Both the position numbers and the translations under genes were made by a program. Of a stretch of 31,886 nt of DNA, positions 18,476 through 26,988 are shown piece after piece (position 1 is the stretch's first letter; every line of letters begins with the position of its first letter). The DNA is from Candidatus Muiribacteriota bacterium (GTDB lineage Bacteria > Muiribacteriota > Muiribacteriia > Muiribacteriales > Muiribacteriaceae). A model generated the notes under the pieces. That model did no database searches. It had not been told where the DNA came from and saw only the letters and a list, made by a program, of their open reading frames with translations. The stretch is from positions 1 through 31,886 of the forward strand of contig JBNJGP010000029.1 of the NCBI GenBank assembly GCA_051747805.1. Reading direction: 5' to 3'.

Positions 18476-21157
18476 ATGACAATTTCAACTTTTATGGGTT
18501 TAGAAACTGGAAAAAGGGCTATAATGACAAGTCGAAATACTCTGGATGTTACGGCCCATAATATAGCGAACGCTAATACTGACGGTTATACAAGACAGAG
18601 GGCTGAGCTGGTAGCCACTTCTGCATTTGCTGCTCCTGGTATGCCCGGAATAGCTTCGGCCGGACAGATAGGAACAGGTGTTGAAACACATCAGATTAAA
18701 AGAATTAAAATGGATTTCTTTGATAAAAGAGTGCAAAATGAAACACAACGTCATGCAAAACATTCTAATGTTTATCAGAATTTAAGTCAGGTAGAGCTTC
18801 TTTTAAATGAGCCTTCAGAAAATGGTCTTAGATCGACAATGGATAAATTCTGGCAATCAACAATGGATTTAAGTAATGATCCTGAATCGCCGGCTGCAAG
18901 ACAGGTAGTTGTTGAAACTGGTATTGCCCTTTCTAACTCTTTTTCACAGATGTATGAAGAAATGACAACTTTAAGAAATAATTTAGATGAAGAAATTATA
19001 GCAAGAGTAGGGGAAACCAACAGGCTTGTTGAAGAAATTGGCGGTTTGAACGAAAAAATTGCCGGGGTAAAAAATATTGGTAAAAACCCTAATGACCTGC
19101 TTGACAGAAGGGATTTACTTCTTGATAATCTGGCAGAACTTGTAAATATTGATACTACCTATAAAGGTGTTGATGATGAGCTTGTTGTATCAGTTAATGG
19201 TAAGCCAATTATTCAGGGAAGCCACTACTCAAAACTTGAGGCTGTTGAAAATAGAGATAATGAAGACCTTGTTGATGTAAGATGGGAAAAGGATTTTGTT
19301 CCTCTTTCCTCAGACAGCGATATAGTAACTGTTTTTGCAAATTCTTCTGTCAGGAATCAATCTCATACAATAGATGTAAAAGATATGGCTCGTTCTCATA
19401 TTCTTAAAGGGCCCAACAGACTTGCTTATTCAGAAAGATCTTTAAATAATATTGAAAATAACCCGGAGATTACAACAGGATATTTTGAGGTAAATGATAA
19501 AAAAATATGGATTGATGCTGATGAAGATAATCTTTTAGATGTGGTTTCCTATATTAATGAGAGTCAGGCAGGTGTTGTTGCAGAAATCGATGATAACCGT
19601 CTTGTTTTTAATGCGGCCGATTCTGGAGAAGATAATACTGTAGTTTTAAAAAGTGGAACCTCAAATTTTTTAAGAGAAATGGGTATGACAAACAGTTTCG
19701 AAAGCCAGAATTCTTATTTTGAAAAAAATGTTGGACTTGGCCTTAACGGTTCGTTCAGTCTTGATGGCGCTGAAATAACTGTAGCCACAACAGATACGCT
19801 TGAAGATATTGTAGAAAATATTAATAAAGAGGATACAGATGCAAGAGCCTATATAGAGGAAACAAATCAGGGTACATATAAAATGGTGCTTGAATCAGAT
19901 AATGGAAACTATAATTTTACAATTGATGATACTGATGACTTACTTACAGGAACTACAGATAATGAATTTGGTTTTGATTTTGGCGATGAGTTTGCGGGCT
20001 TTGAATCGGGTCAGGGAATTATTAATGGATATTTAATGTCTGATAATGAAGTTCAGGATCAGTTTGAAAAAGGTCTTGCAAGAAATCAGGATTCTGAATT
20101 TGAGCTGGAAGTAAATTCTGGCTCTGTTACAATAAATATTGACCAGGATCGCGACTCTCTTGCGTTGATTGCAGAAGATATAAATGGCCAGATAGCTTCA
20201 GCTGGGCCTCCTGTGGAGGACGAGATTTCAGCCGAAATTGTGCAGGATGCTGAAAATAATTTCAGACTTCTCTTTAAGGCAGCAGATGGTGAGGAAATAG
20301 GGATTAATAATATATCCGGTAATATTTTAGAAAACCTTGGTTTAAGAGAAGGAACATATAATCAGAAAGGTCCTGTTAGTTACGATGCTCAGACAGCTTT
20401 GTATAATTTTAATGGTATAGATAGAAATTCTCAGTCAAATAGAGTTGAGGATATTGTGCCTGGAGTTAATGTTGTTTTAAGAGGCGAAGGTCAGGCAAAT
20501 GTTGAGGTGCGTCAAACTTTAAACGGCGGTAAGTTAAAGGGTCTGCTTGAATCAAGAGATGAAGTGGTTTCAAAATATATGAGAGATATTGACGAACTTG
20601 CCTATTCACTTATGAAAGAGGTAAATGACGTCCATTATACAGGTTTTGGAACTGATGGAAAAAGTCAGAGAAGTTTTTTTGAAATATATAATGGGGCTGT
20701 AGATGGTTATCCAGAAATTGCCTCAGCTCGTTCAATGCGTGTAAATGATGAGATTCAGAATAATGTTAACGCGCTTGCGGCCGCAGGCAGAGACACAGAA
20801 AACACCAATCATAAGGGACTTCCTGTATCTGAGGGTATAGGTTCAGGAGAAAATGCCTTAAGAATTTCAGATTTAAAGTTCAAACAGACAATGCTTAATG
20901 AAACAGCTACTTTTAATGAATATTTTAATCATGTGATTGCAGATATTGGTACAAAAGCCCATGAGTCTTCAAGAGTGGTTGATAATCAGGAAGTGCTTTT
21001 AAGCCGTCTTGAGGATATGAGACAACAGGTATCCGGTGTTTCTCTTGATGAGGAAATGTCAAATATGGTCAGGTTTCAGCATGCATATAATGCTGGCGCC
21101 AGAGTTATTTCAACAATGGACAAAATGCTTGAAACAGTTATTTCACTGGGAAGGTAA
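18476..21157 (+). CDS. flgK: Hook-associated protein FlgK, unusually large (893 aa)
   Basis: HNIANANTDGYTRQR, GQIGTGV, PNDLLDRRD, GGKLKGLLESRD, SGVSLDEEMSNMVRFQHAYNAGARV. Confidence 0.95.
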   Translation: MTISTFMGLETGKRAIMTSRNTLDVTAHNIANANTDGYTRQRAELVATSAFAAPGMPGIASAGQIGTGVETHQIKRIKMDFFDKRVQNETQRHAKHSNVYQNLSQVELLLNEPSENGLRSTMDKFWQSTMDLSNDPESPAARQVVVETGIALSNSFSQMYEEMTTLRNNLDEEIIARVGETNRLVEEIGGLNEKIAGVKNIGKNPNDLLDRRDLLLDNLAELVNIDTTYKGVDDELVVSVNGKPIIQGSHYSKLEAVENRDNEDLVDVRWEKDFVPLSSDSDIVTVFANSSVRNQSHTIDVKDMARSHILKGPNRLAYSERSLNNIENNPEITTGYFEVNDKKIWIDADEDNLLDVVSYINESQAGVVAEIDDNRLVFNAADSGEDNTVVLKSGTSNFLREMGMTNSFESQNSYFEKNVGLGLNGSFSLDGAEITVATTDTLEDIVENINKEDTDARAYIEETNQGTYKMVLESDNGNYNFTIDDTDDLLTGTTDNEFGFDFGDEFAGFESGQGIINGYLMSDNEVQDQFEKGLARNQDSEFELEVNSGSVTINIDQDRDSLALIAEDINGQIASAGPPVEDEISAEIVQDAENNFRLLFKAADGEEIGINNISGNILENLGLREGTYNQKGPVSYDAQTALYNFNGIDRNSQSNRVEDIVPGVNVVLRGEGQANVEVRQTLNGGKLKGLLESRDEVVSKYMRDIDELAYSLMKEVNDVHYTGFGTDGKSQRSFFEIYNGAVDGYPEIASARSMRVNDEIQNNVNALAAAGRDTENTNHKGLPVSEGIGSGENALRISDLKFKQTMLNETATFNEYFNHVIADIGTKAHESSRVVDNQEVLLSRLEDMRQQVSGVSLDEEMSNMVRFQHAYNAGARVISTMDKMLETVISLGR

Positions 21158-21190
21158 ATTCTGTAACGGGGTTTTAAAAGGAGGGAGTTT

Positions 21191-23248
21191 ATGAGAATTA
21201 CAAACGCGATGATGTCAAACAGGGTTTTATATAATATTCAGAATTCACTTTCTAAAATGGATAAATATTCTCAGATGCTTTCTACAGGTAAAAAATTTGT
21301 GCTTTCTCAGGATGACCCTATAAATACCACCCTTGGTATGCATTTTAGAACAAAGGTGACTGAAAGTGAGCAGTTTATCAGAAATATTGATGATGGTCTT
21401 TCGTGGTTGGATACAACAGACAGGGCGCTTGGGCATTCTGTTGATCTTTTCAGACGTGTAAGAGATGTTACTCTTCAAGGTGTTAACGACACTCTTGAGC
21501 AAAGTGACAGAGATGCTCTGGCCAAGGAAATAGATCAGCTTTTAAATGGAATTTTAGATACGGCTAATACAGAGTTTAAAGGAAACTTTGTTTTTTCTGG
21601 TTCAGATACAAGAACGCCCCCGTTTCAGGAATTTCACGGGCAGGATTCCGGGGAATCTGCCAACGTTACAACCCATGACCATAGAAATCCAGACCACGAG
21701 GACAGACACGGGGTTAATATGAACAGTATTACCCGGATAAAATACAACGGTAATTCCAATGAAATACAGAGACAGCTTCAGCAGACTTTGTCCATAACAA
21801 TAAATGATACAGGAAATAATATTTTTATGGCCGATACTCATTCGGTTAAGGGTGGAAGTCTGGCTGTAAGTAATCAGAATGTTCCTTTAAATGATGCCCA
21901 GAATTTTGATGGTGAAATACAAGTACCTGAAACTCCACCGCCTCCATTTCCAAGTGTGACTGATAATGAAACTTCTTTTTCTGTAGGGGTGAAAGACGGT
22001 AAAATGGCCACAATTTCATATGATGCAGATAAAGATTCAATACTTGATATTGCAGATAAAGTGAATGAAAAAGCTTCTGGAATGTCGGCAAGAGTAGAAA
22101 AAACAGTTATAGATAATGCAGATTTTTATCAGCTTGTTTTTGAGGCTGATGAGTCGGGAAAAGAAATTGAGTTTTTTGATTCAGATAAATCCACTATTAA
22201 AAAGACATCAGAAGCAATAGCAATTACGCCTGGATTTGATCCAGCTACTGATGGGTTTAATGATATACTGGATTCAGGCGAAGATATTACCGGGGAAGTT
22301 ATTATTAATGGAAAACAGTTTGTTTTAGATGATTATGATACTGTGCGTCAGTTTATGAACTCTGTTGTAAATGATGAGGATGCTGGTGTTTCAGAATTTG
22401 CTTATGATGAGGTTAATGAAGTTTTTAAAATTAAGGCAGAAGAAGGTGGTTTTTTAGATTTAAAAGAAAAGGGAGATGTTTCGGGGCCTGACCCATTAGG
22501 TTTTTTTTCTGGCCTTGGTATAAATACAAATGGAAACATACTGGAAAAGTTTAATATGTTCAATAAGGTTGAGGGTACTGAAACAACAGCTGCCAGGGAT
22601 GAAACTCTGAATTCAATTGAAGATTTTGAGTCGGGTCAATTTATTGTAAATGGTGCAGTTATTGAGGTAGATAAAGAAGCAGATTCTTTAGAAAGTATTG
22701 CGACCAAAATAAACAGGGCCGATTCAGGTGTTAGGGCTTCTGTTGAAGAAGATATTAATCCTCCTGGAAATTTCAGACTTATATTACGTTCGCTTCATGC
22801 TGGTGAAATGCAGCTTGAAGATCGCGAGGGAGATATTTTACAAAATCTTGGGTTTGTTGATAAATTTGATGGGGAGTATAATAACTATCCTGATTCAATT
22901 AAAGACCCTGATGATATTGGAATTTTCAGGACTATTATGGACGTGCGCGATAATTTATACCGGGGTGATAACGAAGCTTTACAAAAAAACCTTGGTGAGA
23001 TAGACAAAATAACTGATAATATATTACAATATAGGTCAAAGACGGGGGCAAGGGTTCATGCGGCAGAAATCTCTCAGAGTAAACTTGATGATGTTCGTAT
23101 TAATACAACCCATATGCTGTCAAATGTAGAGGACGTTGATATTGCCGAGGTAATAATGAAAATGAAGATGCAGGAAAATGTTCAGACAGCAGCACTTCAG
23201 ACAGGAGCCAGTATTATACAGCGTTCACTTGTGGATTTTCTGAGGTGA
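21191..23248 (+). CDS. flgL: Hook-associated protein FlgL, unusually large (685 aa)
   Basis: MRITNAMM, STGKK ... DDP, ANTEFKGNFVFSG, EDVDIAEVI, SLVDFLR. Confidence 0.95.
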   Translation: MRITNAMMSNRVLYNIQNSLSKMDKYSQMLSTGKKFVLSQDDPINTTLGMHFRTKVTESEQFIRNIDDGLSWLDTTDRALGHSVDLFRRVRDVTLQGVNDTLEQSDRDALAKEIDQLLNGILDTANTEFKGNFVFSGSDTRTPPFQEFHGQDSGESANVTTHDHRNPDHEDRHGVNMNSITRIKYNGNSNEIQRQLQQTLSITINDTGNNIFMADTHSVKGGSLAVSNQNVPLNDAQNFDGEIQVPETPPPPFPSVTDNETSFSVGVKDGKMATISYDADKDSILDIADKVNEKASGMSARVEKTVIDNADFYQLVFEADESGKEIEFFDSDKSTIKKTSEAIAITPGFDPATDGFNDILDSGEDITGEVIINGKQFVLDDYDTVRQFMNSVVNDEDAGVSEFAYDEVNEVFKIKAEEGGFLDLKEKGDVSGPDPLGFFSGLGINTNGNILEKFNMFNKVEGTETTAARDETLNSIEDFESGQFIVNGAVIEVDKEADSLESIATKINRADSGVRASVEEDINPPGNFRLILRSLHAGEMQLEDREGDILQNLGFVDKFDGEYNNYPDSIKDPDDIGIFRTIMDVRDNLYRGDNEALQKNLGEIDKITDNILQYRSKTGARVHAAEISQSKLDDVRINTTHMLSNVEDVDIAEVIMKMKMQENVQTAALQTGASIIQRSLVDFLR

Positions 23249-23265
23249 TGACTGGAGGGTTATAA

Positions 23266-23751
23266 ATGAAATTAAAAACAACGCGTTTTGGTGAGCTTGA
23301 AATCACCGAAGAGGAAATTTTTTATTTTAAAAATGGTATATTTGGGTTTGAAAAATTTAAAAAATATATTCTGCTTAAAGAGGAAGATAGTCTTTTTTCC
23401 TGGTTGCAGAGTACTGAAAACGAGGAATTGGCCTTTGTTTTAATCAGACCTGTAGATTTTTATTATAATTATTTTTTAGACATTGATGGTCAGGATGTAA
23501 ACGATTTGCAGGTTGATGAAAACTCTAATACAGAAATTTACTGTATTGTCGTTATACCAGAGGATACTTCCAATATGACCGGTAACCTTCAGGGGCCAAT
23601 TGTTTTAAATAAAGATAAAAAAATTGGAAAACAGGTAGTTTCTCTTAATCCAAAACATAAACTACGTCATTATATTGTTGAAGATTTAAAGTATAAAAAT
23701 GAGATGGAAGAAAAAGAAAAAAAAGATAATGACGGGGAGGGCAGAGATTAA
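23266..23751 (+). CDS. fliW: Flagellar assembly factor FliW (CsrA antagonist)
   Basis: [36 protein letters not shown]. Confidence 0.95.
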   Translation: MKLKTTRFGELEITEEEIFYFKNGIFGFEKFKKYILLKEEDSLFSWLQSTENEELAFVLIRPVDFYYNYFLDIDGQDVNDLQVDENSNTEIYCIVVIPEDTSNMTGNLQGPIVLNKDKKIGKQVVSLNPKHKLRHYIVEDLKYKNEMEEKEKKDNDGEGRD

Positions 23752-23990
23752 TGCTTGTTCTTACCCGTAAAAAAAATGAAAGTATAATTATTGGTGATAA
23801 TGTTGAGGTAGTAATTGTTGATATAAAGGGTGATCAGATAAAAATTGGAATAAATGCTCCAAAAAACGTTTCTGTTCACAGAAAAGAAGTATATGAAGAA
23901 ATTCAGAGAGAAAATATTATTGCGGCAAAAACTACTGTTAAAGCTAAAAATATGAAGCAGCTGAACGACCTTCTGAAAAAGAAAAAATAA
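23751..23990 (+). CDS. csrA: Carbon storage regulator CsrA with the C-terminal extension of FliW-regulated CsrAs
   Basis: [16 protein letters not shown] ... [29 protein letters not shown] overlap with fliW. Confidence 0.97.
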   Translation: MLVLTRKKNESIIIGDNVEVVIVDIKGDQIKIGINAPKNVSVHRKEVYEEIQRENIIAAKTTVKAKNMKQLNDLLKKKK

Positions 23991-24065
23991 AATTTATTAA
24001 AAGCCGCATTTAAGAGCAGTTATTGTCTTCGACAAGAAAAAACATTAAAAGCTATTGATTTTTGC

Positions 24066-24091
24066 TGTCATGCCGGGCTCGACCCGGTATC
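24066..24091. repeat. REP-like GC-rich palindrome with a TGTC tag
   Basis: TGTC-ATGCCGGG-CTCGA-CCCGGTAT-C; 8-bp stem with one G.U pair; single copy in this window. Confidence 0.5.
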
Positions 24092-24152
24092 TCACTTCTG
24101 CCCATCAAATCAAGGATTTTCTCTATTTTCATTGAGAATTGCTGTAAAAACG

Positions 24153-24182
24153 TTGACATTTACGTTAAAAATAGGTTAAAAT
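24153..24182 (+). promoter_or_regulatory. Possible sigma70/sigmaA promoter upstream of flagellin 1
   Basis: TTGACA(24153-58)-N18-TAAAAT(24177-82). The AT-rich context weakens the -10 evidence. Confidence 0.5.
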
Positions 24183-24213
24183 AATAATAGGATAAAAAAT
24201 ATTTTGTTTTTTT

Positions 24214-24241
24214 TAAAGAATTTTAGCAACATAGACGATAT
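24214..24241 (+). promoter_or_regulatory. Sigma28 promoter about 300 nt upstream of flagellin 1
   Basis: TAAA(24214-17)-N16-GACGATAT(24234-41); same spacing as the other two sigma28 promoters. Confidence 0.8.
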
Positions 24242-24249
24242 AAATACAG

Positions 24250-24290
24250 ACTGCTAAGGAAAGCGGTTATTAAAACCAACAAGGATGTTG
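24250..24290 (+). promoter_or_regulatory. Two tandem CsrA-binding GGA-loop hairpins
   Basis: ACTGCT-AAGGAA-AGCGGT (24250-67) and CAACA-AGGA-TGTTG (24277-90). The second matches the CsrA consensus ACANGGAUGU. Confidence 0.8.
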
Positions 24291-24339
24291 AGTATGAAAA
24301 ACATTTTTAATTATTTTTTACAATTAAATAGTAATATTA

Positions 24340-24389
24340 AAAAAAACCTGAAAATACATTTATTTATAGATGTATTTTCAGGTTTTTTT
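24340..24389 (+). terminator. Perfect 20-bp inverted repeat, intrinsic-terminator-like (possibly bidirectional), inside the flagellin-1 leader
   Basis: AAAAAAACCTGAAAATACAT-N10-ATGTATTTTCAGGTTTTTTT, ending in T7. Confidence 0.65.
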
Positions 24390-24503
24390 ATTTTAAAAAA
24401 TAAAATCTCTTTTATTCTTTAAGATGGGTGACTTAAAGAATAATAAAAAAAAGAGAAAGGAGGTGCAAATAAAAAACTGAATATTAAACATTAGTACCCA
24501 ATA

Positions 24504-24542
24504 TCCGGTATGGAAACCGGAAATACGAAATCATGGAGGATT
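24504..24542 (+). promoter_or_regulatory. Two CsrA hairpins at the flagellin-1 translation start, the second overlapping the Shine-Dalgarno
   Basis: TCCGGT-ATGGAA-ACCGGA (24504-21) and AATC-ATGGAG-GATT (24529-42); same layout as B. subtilis hag. Confidence 0.85.
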
Positions 24543-24546
24543 ACTA

Positions 24547-26445
24547 ATGAGTATAGGAATAATCAACCAGAATGTAAGTGCGTTAAACGCACACCGAAAT
24601 CTTAATTACACAAGTCGTGGCTTGAGTAAAAGTATTGAAAGACTTTCGTCAGGGCTTCGTGTTAACCGAGCAGCAGATGATGCTGCAGGACTGGCAGTTT
24701 CGGAGAAAATGAGAGGTCAGATTGGTGGTCTAGACCAGGCAGTTAGAAATGCAGAAGATGGCATTTCAATGATTCAGACAGCTGAGGGTGTTATGGATAC
24801 TACACACAGTATTTTACAGAGAATGAGAAACCTGTCTGTTCAGGCATCAAACGATAATTATACTACTTATGACCGTCAGAGACTACAAAAAGAAGTAGAT
24901 GAACTTGTTGATCAGGTTGATAGAATCGCTGGTTATACAGAGTTTAATACAAAAAATCTTCTTGACGGAAGCGCAACAGGCCGGGCAAACTCTCTTGACG
25001 AAAGAGTTCTTACTGCTGAGGTAAACGGAGTTGTTACATCTGCAGACTACTCGGTTACAGTAGTTCAGGCTGGCGGGGCCTCAAGAGTTCATGGTACAAC
25101 AGGCTGGAAAGATACAAATAATGACGGTATTGTTGATTTAAGGGACCTTGGTATATCAGGGGATGTTGAACTTCAGATTCAAGTTGACGAAAATACTCGT
25201 GCGGTTGAGTTAAACGAAGAAGACAACATTAACGATGTTGTAAGAAAAATCAACGGTGCTAACCTTGGAGTGCTTGCAGGAACTAATGCAGTTGAAGATG
25301 ATGTAAGTGGAGAAACCTTTGAATATCTTACAATGACTTCAAGAAGAACAGGTTCAAGGTTTAATATTTCATTTGGTGATGACCCTGATGGAGCAGCTAT
25401 TGCTCTTGGTCTTTTTGGCGGGGGAGATGAATCAGATGATTCTCAGCAGGTTGCAGTACCTGATGCTGCCGGAGATGATGCAAACTTACTTAGGTTTACG
25501 ACAGGAACAGATACTATTATTTCAGTTGTGAATATTACAGACCAGAGACTTTTTCCAACAATTCCACCAGGAATGGCTGATGAAAGTCAGGTTGAAACAG
25601 AAGATAGAATACTTGGAAGATTTATTTCAGATTCCGGTGTGTTTACAGAACAGGAATTATCAACTGTTTATGATGCTGATAATGAAACAGTTAACACAGA
25701 TCGCACAGAACAGCTTCGTGATTCTTCGCTTCTTCAGGGAATAAATATTTTTATTGACCAGGATTTCAGCTATGGCTTTGAAGACCTTTCAGCCGATCAT
25801 TTTCCTGAAGGCGCAGAAACAGAATCGATAATTAATCATACTACAGCTGCTATTCCGACAGGAAATCTTCAGGGTTTTACAAGAGGCGGAGTAGAGTATG
25901 ATACTGAAAAACTTGATGGATTAACTGAAGAACAGCAGATTTCAATAATGTCTGTTAGATTATCAGTTAGAGATACCAGACAAGTTTATCAAGTTGGAGC
26001 TAATGAAGACCAGACTTTAAGAGTTGATTTTGGAAATATTTCTGCTGAGGCTTTAGGACTTACAAACATATTAAGAGGAACAGGAAATATGTTTGACGGT
26101 TCTGATAAACTTGATAATGGAACAGAGTCTGAGAATTTAAGCTTAAATGTAAGTATTGAAACTCAAAAATCAGCTTCTCAGGCAATATCAACAATTAATG
26201 ACGCACTTAATGTTGTATCTGAAACAAGAGCCAGACTGGGTGCTTTCCAGAACTCTCTTGAAAAATCTGTTGACTATCTGAATATTGCGCATGAAAATCA
26301 GGTGGCCTCAGAATCAAGAATCAGAGATCTGGATATGGCCAAAGAAATGACAGATTTTACAAGAAGTCAAATTCTTGTTCAATCTGGAACTGCAATGCTT
26401 GCACAGGCAAATGCTAAACCACAGAGTGTGCTTTCGTTGCTTTAA
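24547..26445 (+). CDS. fliC: Flagellin 1 (632 aa)
   Basis: ERLSSGLRVNRAADDAAGLAVSEKMR, LQRMR, QVGANEDQ, RARLGAFQN, SRIRDLDMAKEM, QSVLSLL. Confidence 0.97.
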   Translation: MSIGIINQNVSALNAHRNLNYTSRGLSKSIERLSSGLRVNRAADDAAGLAVSEKMRGQIGGLDQAVRNAEDGISMIQTAEGVMDTTHSILQRMRNLSVQASNDNYTTYDRQRLQKEVDELVDQVDRIAGYTEFNTKNLLDGSATGRANSLDERVLTAEVNGVVTSADYSVTVVQAGGASRVHGTTGWKDTNNDGIVDLRDLGISGDVELQIQVDENTRAVELNEEDNINDVVRKINGANLGVLAGTNAVEDDVSGETFEYLTMTSRRTGSRFNISFGDDPDGAAIALGLFGGGDESDDSQQVAVPDAAGDDANLLRFTTGTDTIISVVNITDQRLFPTIPPGMADESQVETEDRILGRFISDSGVFTEQELSTVYDADNETVNTDRTEQLRDSSLLQGINIFIDQDFSYGFEDLSADHFPEGAETESIINHTTAAIPTGNLQGFTRGGVEYDTEKLDGLTEEQQISIMSVRLSVRDTRQVYQVGANEDQTLRVDFGNISAEALGLTNILRGTGNMFDGSDKLDNGTESENLSLNVSIETQKSASQAISTINDALNVVSETRARLGAFQNSLEKSVDYLNIAHENQVASESRIRDLDMAKEMTDFTRSQILVQSGTAMLAQANAKPQSVLSLL

Positions 26446-26477
26446 TAAATTAATAAAAGTTAATATTTAATTTAATA

Positions 26478-26524
26478 AAAGGGATCAGATATTTTTTAAA
26501 AGAAAAGCTGATCCCTTTCTTTTT
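26478..26524 (+). terminator. Probable intrinsic terminator after flagellin 1
   Basis: AAAGGGATCAG(26478-88) pairs with CTGATCCCTTT(26508-18), followed by CTTTTT. Confidence 0.7.
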
Positions 26525-26600
26525 AAATAGATAATTTAGTGGTAAAATATTAAAGAGGAAATTTAAAAATTTCCTTTTATAAAAAAAGGGGAGGGGGGAT

Positions 26601-26975
26601 ATGGAAAAAATAAAAACAGATAATAAAATAAATGAATTTTTAAATGAAAAAAAATATGAGGAAACAAAAAAAGGAAAGGTCCAGAGCGAAAATATAATAC
26701 AGCAGGATTTCAGGGATATTTCAGATAAATTTAAATTAGAGGAAGAAGATTTTTCAAAGGATTTAATAGAGCAGGAAATTGAAAAAATAAATAAAGTAAT
26801 AGATATTTTTGATAAGAAACTGAATTTCTCGGTTCATGAAGAAACGGGCAGAATTGTTATAAAGGTTACAGATGTGGATGATAATATAATAAGACAAATT
26901 CCACCAGAAAAAATGCTTAATATATCGGCTAAGTTCAATGAAATAATTGGACTTATAATTGATACTGAGATTTAA
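26601..26975 (+). CDS. flaG: Flagellar protein FlaG
   Basis: KLNFSVHEETGRIVIKV ... IIRQIPPEKML ... GLIID. Confidence 0.93.
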   Translation: MEKIKTDNKINEFLNEKKYEETKKGKVQSENIIQQDFRDISDKFKLEEEDFSKDLIEQEIEKINKVIDIFDKKLNFSVHEETGRIVIKVTDVDDNIIRQIPPEKMLNISAKFNEIIGLIIDTEI

Positions 26976-26988
26976 AAGGGAGGGAACT

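Noticed and set aside
24107..24119. AAATCAAGGATTT as an additional CsrA site
   Set aside because: Lies upstream of both predicted promoters, and the GGA is partly in the stem rather than the loop.
24463..24480. Mini-ORF GTG CAA ATA AAA AAC TGA
   Set aside because: The GTG is part of the SD-like sequence itself and has no convincing RBS of its own.
26552..26578. Second hairpin AGGAAATT/AATTTCCT plus T-tract before flaG
   Set aside because: Weak AT-rich stem; cannot be told apart from background or assigned a role.
26588..26598. GGGGAGGGGGG in the flaG RBS as a phase-variable tract
   Set aside because: The runs are only 4 and 6 nt, and G-rich RBSs also occur at flgM, flgK and fliD.
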